Both the position numbers and the translations under genes were made by a program. Below, piece after piece: positions 8,601 through 16,951 of a DNA stretch of 32,000 nucleotides (position 1 is the stretch's first letter; every line of letters begins with the position of its first letter). Source of the DNA: Xylanibacter ruminicola 23 (lineage in GTDB: Bacteria; Bacteroidota; Bacteroidia; Bacteroidales; Bacteroidaceae); NCBI RefSeq assembly GCF_000025925.1, contig NC_014033.1:180001-212000 (forward strand), given 5' to 3'. Under the pieces are notes generated by a model. It made no database searches. It was not told the DNA's origin and saw only the letters and a program-made list of their open reading frames with translations.

Positions 8601-8632
8601 CTTGTGAGTATTAAAAAAAATTCTTAACTTTG
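8601..8632 (+). promoter_or_regulatory. Promoter CTTG-N20-TAACTTTG for the SusC/SusD pair
   Basis: -7 box at 8625-8632 and a -33-like CTTG at 8601-8604, about 120 nt upstream of the SusC ATG. Confidence 0.5.
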
Positions 8633-8751
8633 CGCCCTCATTCCAGTGATATTGATTAAAATTTTAGAAAAAAGAAGAAGATTAGGTCGATAATTTTGGT
8701 TTATTAAGTTGAATAGTAATTACTAATATATTTTTTATACTTTTAAATTAA

Positions 8752-11700
8752 ATGAAAAGACTCAGTATGATGTTGGCTGGGCTGTTCCTAAGTGTGGGGA
8801 TGGCGCTGGCACAAACAACGGTTACTGGTACAGTGGTAAGTTATGAGGATAACGAGCCTATTATTGGTGCCACCATTCAGGTGGTTGGCAATGCAGGCAT
8901 TGGTACCATTACCGATTATGATGGTAACTTCACACTCGAAGTACCAGAGGGTATGAAAACACTGCGTATTACCTATGTGGGCATGGAACCACTTGAGGTG
9001 GCAGTAAGCACAAAAACTTTAAAGATTCAGTTAAGAAATGATGTACACACCCTGGACGAGGTAGTGGTTGTGGCCTACGGTACACAGAAGAAGACATCGC
9101 TTACCGGATCTATTCAGGAGGTAAAGAGCGACGCCATCGAGCTGCGTCCTACCACTTCGGTAGCATCGGCTCTGGAAGGTTCGGTAACTGGTGTTCAGGT
9201 GAACAGCACCGTTGGCGCACCTGGTGAAGACCCACAGATTCGTATTCGTGGCGTGGGAACCGTCAATGGTTCTTCGTCACCACTCTATATTCTTGATGGC
9301 GTGCCTTATAGCGGTAGCATCAGCGACCTGAACCCACAGGACATCGAGTCGATGTCGGTACTGAAGGATGCTGCTTCGGCTGCTTTGTATGGTAACCGTG
9401 CCTCTAACGGTGTCATCCTGATTACCACCAAGAAGGGTAAGCAGGGTAAGATGAACATCACCTTCGATGTGAAGCAGGGTACCTATTCACGCGGTATTGC
9501 CGAGTACGACCGTCTGGGCGCCCGCGAGTGGATGGAGGCTCAGTGGCTCAACATGAAGAACAACCGCATGGCTGCTGGCGACGATGCTGCTACAGCTGGT
9601 GCATACGCCTCGAAGCACCTGATTGCCGACCGACTTCAGCTGAATATCTTCGACAAGGCCGACGAGGCACTCTTTACTGCCGACGGCAAGCTGGTGAGCG
9701 ACGCCCGCATAAAGGGTACCTATGGCGAGGATCTGGACTGGTATAAGCAGGCCATTGGTCACGGCTATCGTCAGGAGTACAACTTCAACGCCAACGGCGC
9801 TACCGAGAAGTCAGACTATCTGGTTTCATTAGGCTATCTCGACGAGCAGGGCTACCTGAAGACCTCTGGTTTCGACCGTCTGTCGGCTCGTCTCTCGGCT
9901 AACATCCAGCCAGCTGAGTGGCTCAAGGTGGGTGTTAGTCTTAACGCTACCCACCAGAACTTCAATGCCGGCTATGGTACTGGTAATGCCAATACCAACC
10001 CATTCAACTTCTGTCGCAAGATTTCGCCCATTTATCCTGTTCATGCCCACAACCTGACTACAGGTGAGTACTATCTCGACGGTATGGGCAACCTGATGTA
10101 CGATGGCGGATCATATATCGATCCCGATGGTCAGGTGGTTCACACCCGCAATCAGTATCCCGATCGTCACATCATCTGGGAGAACCAGTTGAACACCGAT
10201 AAGATTATCCGCAATACCGTTAACAGTATTGCCTACGCCAATATCATTCTGCCTTACAACTTCACACTCTCGCTGAAGGGTAGTCTGAACCTGAGCAACG
10301 ACTCAGAGAACAAGTACTACTCGGCTGTGATTGGCGACGGTAAGGCCAACAACGGCCGTTTGCGCCGTACCGATGTTCGCCAGAAGAACTACACCTTCCA
10401 GCAGCAGCTGCATTGGCGCCAGGAGTTTGGCGTACATTCTGTCGACGCTCTGCTGGGTCACGAGAGCTACAAGCTCACCCGCAACTACATGGCTTCGGGT
10501 AAGGATTCAGAGATTGTGCCCAATCTCACCAATCTGCTCAACTTCACTCAGTTTGCTCAGCTCTACGACTACAACGACAATTACGCCCTCGAGTCATACC
10601 TGGGTCGTGTGCGCTATGGCTACGACAGCCGTTACAACATCGAGTTCTCGTTCCGTCGCGATGGTTCGTCGCGCTTTGCCAAGAATGCCCGTTGGGGTAA
10701 CTTCTGGAGCACAGGTGCCAGCTGGGTCATCTCTAACGAGAAGTTTATGAAGCAGTATGACTGGGTGAACTACCTGAAGTTGCGTGCCGACTATGGTGAG
10801 GTAGGTAACGACTCTGGTTCTGGTCTCTATGGCTATATGGCCCTCTATCAGCAGGATGTTCATGCCGGCAAGGGTGCCTACTATATCTCTCAGCTGCCTA
10901 ACGAGGATTTGAAGTGGGAGACAGGTCAGTCATGGGGTGTTGCCATCGAGGGTCGCCTCTTCAACAAGCTCAACTTCAATGTCGAGTACTTCGACCGTCG
11001 CAACAAGGACCTTATCTTCAACGTCTACAACCCACTCTCTGCGGGTGCTACTGATACCACCACACCTCAGTCGGTAACCACCATGAATCTGGGTACCATC
11101 TCAAACCACGGTGTCGAGATTTCTGGCGATATGGACGTTTACAAGTCGAAGAACTGGAGCGTGAACGTAGGTGCTAGCATCACCTTCGAGAAGAACAAGG
11201 TGGTGAAGCTGCCCGAGCAGAACCGCGATGGTATCATCGATGGTACCAAGAAGATTGTTGAGGGTATGGACCGCTATCAGTTCTATACCTACACCTGGGA
11301 GGGCGTGAACACCAAGAACGGACTCTCGCTCTATAAGTTCAACGGCGATGAGTACTTCTTTACCGATGGCGGCACTACCTACGGTAACCCTGCCGGTGCA
11401 GAGATTACCGGTTCGCAGAAGAACGCTGTGGTTGTGATTGATGGCACACCTTACAGCTATCTCACCACCTATGGCAAGCGCGAGTTCCACGGTTCGGCCA
11501 TGCCTACCGCCTATGGTAGCTTCAACTTCAGCGTGAGCTACAAGGCCTTCTCGCTCTACACCCTGTTCACCTATCAGCTGGGTGGTAAGGTGATGGACAG
11601 CAACTATCAGCTGCTGATGAACTCACAGAGCACCCCAACCGCCCTGCATAAGGACGTGCTGAAGGGCTGGACCGCCGAACAGGCTACTGCTACCGATGCT

Positions 11701-12024
11701 ATCGACCGCAACGGTGTGCCTATGCTGAGCGACGTTCCTGTCATCGTGAGTGGTCTTGAGGCCGACCTCAACTCTACCTCTTCACGTTGGCTCACCAGTG
11801 CCAGCTATCTCATTCTGAAGAACATCAACCTTAGCTACCAGCTGCCTAAGGAACTGGTGCGCAAGGCTGGTATCGAGAACGTGATGCTCACACTGACCTG
11901 CGAAAACCTCTTCACACTGACTGCACGCAAGGGTATGAACCCACAGCAGAACTTTGCTGGCACTCAGAGTGCTACCTTCGTTACACCACGCATCTTCTCT
12001 GCAGGGGTGAACATCAAGTTTTAA
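8752..12024 (+). CDS. SusC/RagA-family TonB-dependent outer-membrane transporter
   Basis: Signal peptide, a carboxypeptidase-regulatory-like domain (TVTGTVV..GATIQVVG), the plug signature DEVVVVAYGTQKKTSLTGS, a C-terminal beta-barrel ending in F, and a SusD gene immediately downstream. Confidence 0.95.
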   Translation: MKRLSMMLAGLFLSVGMALAQTTVTGTVVSYEDNEPIIGATIQVVGNAGIGTITDYDGNFTLEVPEGMKTLRITYVGMEPLEVAVSTKTLKIQLRNDVHTLDEVVVVAYGTQKKTSLTGSIQEVKSDAIELRPTTSVASALEGSVTGVQVNSTVGAPGEDPQIRIRGVGTVNGSSSPLYILDGVPYSGSISDLNPQDIESMSVLKDAASAALYGNRASNGVILITTKKGKQGKMNITFDVKQGTYSRGIAEYDRLGAREWMEAQWLNMKNNRMAAGDDAATAGAYASKHLIADRLQLNIFDKADEALFTADGKLVSDARIKGTYGEDLDWYKQAIGHGYRQEYNFNANGATEKSDYLVSLGYLDEQGYLKTSGFDRLSARLSANIQPAEWLKVGVSLNATHQNFNAGYGTGNANTNPFNFCRKISPIYPVHAHNLTTGEYYLDGMGNLMYDGGSYIDPDGQVVHTRNQYPDRHIIWENQLNTDKIIRNTVNSIAYANIILPYNFTLSLKGSLNLSNDSENKYYSAVIGDGKANNGRLRRTDVRQKNYTFQQQLHWRQEFGVHSVDALLGHESYKLTRNYMASGKDSEIVPNLTNLLNFTQFAQLYDYNDNYALESYLGRVRYGYDSRYNIEFSFRRDGSSRFAKNARWGNFWSTGASWVISNEKFMKQYDWVNYLKLRADYGEVGNDSGSGLYGYMALYQQDVHAGKGAYYISQLPNEDLKWETGQSWGVAIEGRLFNKLNFNVEYFDRRNKDLIFNVYNPLSAGATDTTTPQSVTTMNLGTISNHGVEISGDMDVYKSKNWSVNVGASITFEKNKVVKLPEQNRDGIIDGTKKIVEGMDRYQFYTYTWEGVNTKNGLSLYKFNGDEYFFTDGGTTYGNPAGAEITGSQKNAVVVIDGTPYSYLTTYGKREFHGSAMPTAYGSFNFSVSYKAFSLYTLFTYQLGGKVMDSNYQLLMNSQSTPTALHKDVLKGWTAEQATATDAIDRNGVPMLSDVPVIVSGLEADLNSTSSRWLTSASYLILKNINLSYQLPKELVRKAGIENVMLTLTCENLFTLTARKGMNPQQNFAGTQSATFVTPRIFSAGVNIKF

Positions 12025-12027
12025 GAG

Positions 12028-12056
12028 TGAATAGTTAATAGTTAATAGTGAATAGT
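12028..12056. repeat. 4 x (G/T)(G/T)AATAG heptad array filling the SusC-SusD spacer
   Basis: GTGAATAG TTAATAG TTAATAG TGAATAG lies between the stop at 12024 and the ATG at 12060. A related GAATAGT AATTACT AATATAT occurs at 8711-8731 upstream of SusC. Confidence 0.85.
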
Positions 12057-12059
12057 TTT

Positions 12060-13604
12060 ATGAAAAAGTATATATATATAGGTATCGCAACGCTGGCACT
12101 CAGCGCTTGTAGCAAGGATTTCCTGGATACCGCTCCCGAGTCGGAGATGGGTACTCCCACCGTGCTCAGCAACACCCAGAATGCCGAGATGGCACTCAAT
12201 GGTATCTGCAAGGCCATGACTACTCAGTATATGAGCAAGCAGGGCTGTAATGGCGAGGGCACCATCCTGAACTGGTATGGCACCTTTACAGGTAACGATG
12301 CTCAGAAGAGCAATAACTCTGGTTGGCAGGGTGTGTGGAACTCAACCTACCACCTGCGTCCAACTTCTGATTATACCGTTTATCCTTGGTTCTATTATTA
12401 CAAGTTGGTGAGCAATGCCAATGCCATCATCAACAATATCGATGCTGCCGAGGGTGAGGAGAACGATAAGAAGTTTATCAAGGCTCAGGCCCTTACTTTC
12501 CGTGCTTACTCGTTCTTCCGTCTGGCTCAGCTCTACACCAACCGTTGGAGCGATCATCAGGGTAATACCGATGGTATCGTGCTGCGTGTCGACGAGAGTC
12601 TGGGCGAGCAGGCCATCGCTACTCAGGCCGAGACCTATCAGCAGATTTACAACGACCTCGACGAGGCCATTGCCCTCTATCAGCAGAGCGATCGCAAGCG
12701 CGAGGAGTTCTTCCAGCCCGGTCTCGATGTGGCCTATGCCGTTTATGCCAAGGCAGCTCTCAACCGCGAGGATTGGCAGAATGCTGCCAAGTATGCAGCT
12801 CTGGCTCGCGAGGGCCACAAGCTGATGACGGTTGAGCAGTATCAGGACGGTTTCCACACACCTAACAACGAGTGGATATGGGGTGTGTATGAGGATGAAC
12901 AGCAGAACATCTCTTACTATAGCTTCTTTGCTTACATCGGTGCCAACTCAAGTGCCAGCAACTGCCGCACTTATCCTGTAGCCATCAGCAAGGAGCTCAT
13001 CGATCAGATTCCTGCCAGCGACGTGCGCCGCTCGCTCTATCTGGTACCAACCGAAGAGGAGTATGCCGAGTGTAATGCAGCTGGTCGTAGCACTGGTATG
13101 CTCTACAACCGCGCAAAGGCTGAGTACAAGGATCGTTTGTATTTCGACCAGAGTGGCAAGCTTACCTCGCTTGTCTATGCTTATATGCAGTTTAAGTTCT
13201 TGGTTGACTTCTATCCTGGTGGTGGTTCGTTCCCCATCATCCGTGCAGCCGAGATGCTCTACACCGAGGCTGAGGCTGATATGCACCTGGGTAAGGAGAC
13301 TGAGGCACAGCAGCTGTTGTTCGACGCTGTGAAGCAGTACGATGCTGCCTATGCCAAGAGCACCAAGACTGGCGACGACCTGATGACTGAGATTAAGTTG
13401 TATCGTCGTTTCGACCTCTTTGCCGAGGGTAACGACTGGTTCGACTACAAGCGTTGGGGACAGCCCATCGTTCGTAAGAACCGCAAGCAGGGTGGTAGCT
13501 TCTACGAGGGTGTGTTCGACATCACCATCCAGCCTGAGGAGACCAATGCATGGACATGGGTTATCCCTCAGAAGGAGACTGACTACAACGGGCTTGTTGA
13601 CTAA
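12060..13604 (+). CDS. SusD/RagB-family nutrient-binding outer-membrane lipoprotein
   Basis: Lipoprotein signal MKKYIYIGIATLALSAC. SusD-like TPR core (FRAYSFFRLAQLY, RAAEMLYTEAEA). ATG at 12060 is preferred over the GTG at 12048 used by the track. Confidence 0.93.
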   Translation: MKKYIYIGIATLALSACSKDFLDTAPESEMGTPTVLSNTQNAEMALNGICKAMTTQYMSKQGCNGEGTILNWYGTFTGNDAQKSNNSGWQGVWNSTYHLRPTSDYTVYPWFYYYKLVSNANAIINNIDAAEGEENDKKFIKAQALTFRAYSFFRLAQLYTNRWSDHQGNTDGIVLRVDESLGEQAIATQAETYQQIYNDLDEAIALYQQSDRKREEFFQPGLDVAYAVYAKAALNREDWQNAAKYAALAREGHKLMTVEQYQDGFHTPNNEWIWGVYEDEQQNISYYSFFAYIGANSSASNCRTYPVAISKELIDQIPASDVRRSLYLVPTEEEYAECNAAGRSTGMLYNRAKAEYKDRLYFDQSGKLTSLVYAYMQFKFLVDFYPGGGSFPIIRAAEMLYTEAEADMHLGKETEAQQLLFDAVKQYDAAYAKSTKTGDDLMTEIKLYRRFDLFAEGNDWFDYKRWGQPIVRKNRKQGGSFYEGVFDITIQPEETNAWTWVIPQKETDYNGLVD

Positions 13605-14748
13605 TGGCGCAAGCTACGGTATAAGCGGTGGTCCAAGCGGCTTGGAAATTAAAGCCACCTGTGACACCATCGATATCGAGAACCTCTCCAGCGAAATAAA
13701 CGCTGGGGAGGTTTTTGCTTTCTAAGGTGTTGGGATTCACACTCGCCAAGTCGACACCGCCACAGGTCACAAACTCGTCCTTAAAGGCCGAACGACCTGC
13801 TATCTGGTACTGATCGTTGCACAGGGCATTGGTCAGTCGGTTCAGCTCCTTCTGGTTCAGATTCTGCCAACGGTTCTGGGCACGTTCGCCAAGGGTCTTG
13901 GCTACGAGGTAATCCCACAAACGGCTGGGCAATCCAAAGGGACGGATGGTGGCAATCTGTTTTTGCGGATGCTGGGCGATGATGGTGCGCAACTCCTGCT
14001 GGATGTCGGGCTCCTTGAGCGAGGTCCAGTTCACAGCCAAAGGCATCTGGTAGTTATGCTCGTGCAAATCGCGAGCGGCATGACTACTGAGCTTCAGAAT
14101 GGCTGGTCCGCTCATGCCCCAGTGGGTGATGAGCAACGGACCGTTACTGCGGAACTTGGTGCCTGGGATCGAGGCGGTGGCATCTTCTACCACCGTGCCC
14201 ATCAAGGCACGCAAGGCCTCGTCGGCAATGCTGAAGGTGAACAATGACGGAACGGGTTCGATGGTGGGTACGCCAGCCATCGATGCAGTACCACCACCTG
14301 TGGTGATGACCTTGAAATCAAAGTCGTTCAGCTCGTCGAGACTCTCGATTTTATGCTGGATGCATATCTCGATGTTCTTTCGGCGGGCTTCGGCCAAGAA
14401 GAGATTAATGATGGTATGCGAATCCTGTGAGGCGGGAAATACGCAGTTGTCGTCCTGGGTGGTAAGCTTTACCCCATGGTTCTCGAACCACGCATAGGCA
14501 TCGCGGTAATCGAAGGTTTTAAACAGTCGTTTCAGCAAACGGTGCCCACGTGGATATACCTGTTGCAAATCGCTTACAGCCTCGAACGAGTTGGTGCAGT
14601 TACATCTGCCACCACCAGATACCTCGACCTTGGCCAGCACCTTCTTGGATTTCTCAAAAATGGTGATGTCCATATCGGGACACATTTCCTTGAGGTTAAC
14701 GGCCAGGAAGAATCCAGCCGCACCTCCACCTACTATCGCAGTCTTCAT
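13561..14748 (-). CDS. HI0933/YhiN(BaiN)-family NAD(P)/FAD-dependent oxidoreductase
   Basis: N-terminal Rossmann motif VGGGAAG and the family-typical SGGGRCNCTN. 395 aa. Its 3' end overlaps the SusD 3' end by 44 nt. Confidence 0.88.
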   Translation of the reverse strand: MKTAIVGGGAAGFFLAVNLKEMCPDMDITIFEKSKKVLAKVEVSGGGRCNCTNSFEAVSDLQQVYPRGHRLLKRLFKTFDYRDAYAWFENHGVKLTTQDDNCVFPASQDSHTIINLFLAEARRKNIEICIQHKIESLDELNDFDFKVITTGGGTASMAGVPTIEPVPSLFTFSIADEALRALMGTVVEDATASIPGTKFRSNGPLLITHWGMSGPAILKLSSHAARDLHEHNYQMPLAVNWTSLKEPDIQQELRTIIAQHPQKQIATIRPFGLPSRLWDYLVAKTLGERAQNRWQNLNQKELNRLTNALCNDQYQIAGRSAFKDEFVTCGGVDLASVNPNTLESKNLPSVYFAGEVLDIDGVTGGFNFQAAWTTAYTVACAISQQARCSQSPSEG

Positions 14749-14790
14749 TTTTACATTCTTACATTTTTACATTTTCTCATTTCTCAATGA
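14749..14790. repeat. Octad array TTACATTY x3 then TCTCATTT / CTCAATGA (minus strand: GAAATGAG AAAATGTA AAAATGTA AGAATGTA)
   Basis: Occupies the spacer between the acetate--CoA ligase stop (14777-14779) and the flavoprotein start (14748), and runs into the ligase 3' end. Confidence 0.8.
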
Positions 14791-16837
14791 GAATGCGAGC
14801 GTCAACGGCTACTACGTCGTTCTCGTCGGCCAGGAGCGGGTTAATGTCCATCTCCTTAATCTCTGTGGCGAAACGCAGCAGGGTTGACAGGCGCACGATA
14901 ATCTCGGCAAACTTCTGCTCGTTGATGCCCTTCTGTCCGCGTGTACCTTTTAATATCTTGTAGCCCTTTAGCGAGTGAATCATCGAGTAGGCCTCGCCAT
15001 AGCTCAATGGGGCCAAACCGCTTGATACATCCTTCAGCACCTCGACAAAGATGCCGCCCAAGCCGCACAGGATAACGTGGCCGAAACGCGTCTCGTACTT
15101 GGCACCGATAAACAGCTCGGTACCCTTCATCATCTTCTGTACCATCACGCCTGTGGCATCCTTAATCTTCATCATGCGGTCGAACTCCAACTCTAAGTGC
15201 TCGGGGGTGCGGATGTTCAGCGTTACACCACCCACATCGCTCTTGTGGATAGGACCAACTACCTTAGCCACTACGGGGAATCCCACACGTTCGGCAAAGG
15301 CACGTAGCTCTTCCTTGCTGGTGCTTACCATCTCGGGAACCTGGGGGATGCCTGCGCACGAGAGGATGTCGCGTACCACCTCGGGCGATACGTATCCATT
15401 GTTCTCGATACCCTTAATAATAATGTGTAAGCGGGGCAGGTCGATGCCATAAAGCTGCACCTCGGGTGGTGCAGGGCGTGGGGTGCGCATAATCTGACTG
15501 AGTGCTGTGGCCAGCGTCACCTCGTCGCTGAAGTTAACATGACCACGCTTCAGGAATTCCTCAACCTCGGGACCTGCTGTGTGCAGACTGGGTAGGATGG
15601 GGAAGATAGGCTTTTTGCACTCCTTGATTTTCTTGTCGAGCACATCGTAGGCCTCGTACAGATGGGTGAGGCCAGGGGTGCCGTAGATTACGGCGATGGC
15701 ATCGATATGATCAAACTTGTTTTCGCAATAATCAATCACGGTACCCAACTGCTCGGCGGTACCTGTGGCTAAGAAATCGATAGGGTTGGCTACTGATGAA
15801 CCTGGGAAGAGTTGTGCTTTCAGTTCGTCGGCCTCAGGACCTTCGATCTTGGGCACGTTCAGTCCGCCTTTCGACAGGGCATCGGTCAGCATCACGCCAG
15901 GACCGCCTGCATGGGTTACAATCGCAAAGTTCTTACCCTTCAGTTCGGGCAATGTGAAAATGCAACCCACGGTGGTGAGCTCCTCGCGTGAGAAACAGCG
16001 CACGATACCGGCCTTACGGAACAGCGCCTCTACAGCCGAATCGCTCGAGGCAATGGCACCTGTGTGCGATGAGGCAGCACGACTGCCACTCTCGCTCGAA
16101 CCAGCCTTGATAGCTGCAATCCTACAACCCTTACGTATCAGGTTGCTGGCATGATACAACAACTTATCGGGGTTAGAGATATTCTCGATATAAAGCAGTT
16201 TTACCTTCGAATCGGTCTCGGGGTTAAAGCGCTCGTCCATATACTGTAGCACATCCTCGATACCAATCTGTTTACCGTTACCAATGCTCCATACGCTGTT
16301 AAACTGCAAGCCCTTGATAACCGCACTCTCAAGAATAAATACCGCTGTGGCACCCGATCCCGATACGAAATCAACACCCTGTGGATTCAGGTTGGGGATG
16401 GGCAGCGTAAACACACTATGGTGGTTGCGGTTCAGCAGTCCGATACAGTTAGGTCCGATGAGTGCTGCTCCGAACTTTTTGCACGTATCCAGGATGCGCT
16501 GTTCCAGTTCGGCACCCGCCTTGGTCTCCTCGCCAAATCCGGCTGAGATAATCACAAAGGCGCGCACCCCTTTCTCGGCACAAAGATAGTCCACATAATC
16601 GGGACAGAACTTGGCGGCCACCACGAGCACGGCCAAATCCGTGTTGGGGATATCCTTTACGTCATGATAGGCTTTGATTCCCTGCACTTCGTCTTCCTTG
16701 GGGTTTACGATGTGCAGCGGACCATCGAAACCACCATTCTTAATGTTACGTACTATAGCGCCACCGGGCTTATGCACGTTGTTAGAGCCGCCGATAACGA
16801 CGATGCTCTTGGGATTCAATAATTGTTGGTTAATCAT
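14777..16837 (-). CDS. Acetate--CoA ligase family protein (ADP-forming acyl-CoA synthetase, fused alpha/beta domains)
   Basis: N-terminal CoA-binding domain (PKSIVVIGGSNN), succinyl-CoA-synthetase-like ligase domains and a C-terminal ATP-grasp. 686 aa. Confidence 0.9.
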   Translation of the reverse strand: MINQQLLNPKSIVVIGGSNNVHKPGGAIVRNIKNGGFDGPLHIVNPKEDEVQGIKAYHDVKDIPNTDLAVLVVAAKFCPDYVDYLCAEKGVRAFVIISAGFGEETKAGAELEQRILDTCKKFGAALIGPNCIGLLNRNHHSVFTLPIPNLNPQGVDFVSGSGATAVFILESAVIKGLQFNSVWSIGNGKQIGIEDVLQYMDERFNPETDSKVKLLYIENISNPDKLLYHASNLIRKGCRIAAIKAGSSESGSRAASSHTGAIASSDSAVEALFRKAGIVRCFSREELTTVGCIFTLPELKGKNFAIVTHAGGPGVMLTDALSKGGLNVPKIEGPEADELKAQLFPGSSVANPIDFLATGTAEQLGTVIDYCENKFDHIDAIAVIYGTPGLTHLYEAYDVLDKKIKECKKPIFPILPSLHTAGPEVEEFLKRGHVNFSDEVTLATALSQIMRTPRPAPPEVQLYGIDLPRLHIIIKGIENNGYVSPEVVRDILSCAGIPQVPEMVSTSKEELRAFAERVGFPVVAKVVGPIHKSDVGGVTLNIRTPEHLELEFDRMMKIKDATGVMVQKMMKGTELFIGAKYETRFGHVILCGLGGIFVEVLKDVSSGLAPLSYGEAYSMIHSLKGYKILKGTRGQKGINEQKFAEIIVRLSTLLRFATEIKEMDINPLLADENDVVAVDARILIEK

Positions 16838-16842
16838 AGGTG

Positions 16843-16873
16843 CAAAGATAGTGCAAATCGAACAAAATACAAA
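16843..16873 (-). promoter_or_regulatory. Promoter TTTG-N19-TATCTTTG (minus strand) for the acetate--CoA ligase gene, ending 5 nt before its ATG
   Basis: The minus strand reads TTTG(16873-16870)-N19-TATCTTTG(16850-16843)-CACCT-ATG(16837-16835). Confidence 0.55.
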
Positions 16874-16892
16874 ATAAAAAACGTTATTTTTC

Positions 16893-16923
16893 TTTGTATT
16901 TGGGAAATAAATAGCTACCTTTG
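16893..16923 (+). promoter_or_regulatory. Promoter TTTG-N19-TACCTTTG for the alpha-2-macroglobulin gene
   Basis: TTTG at 16893-16896 and TACCTTTG at 16916-16923, 28 nt before the ATG at 16952. Confidence 0.6.
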
Positions 16924-16951
16924 CATAGTTAAACCAATTAAAGTGGGCTTT

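Noticed and set aside
16823-16951. N-terminal extensions offered by the ORF track (A2M from 16823, B3/B4 protein from 25286, DUF805 from 29435, SusD from 12048)
   Set aside because: The extensions overlap promoters or neighbouring genes, and three begin at non-ATG codons. In each case an internal ATG gives a proper signal peptide or family-typical N-terminus, so the shorter models were used.
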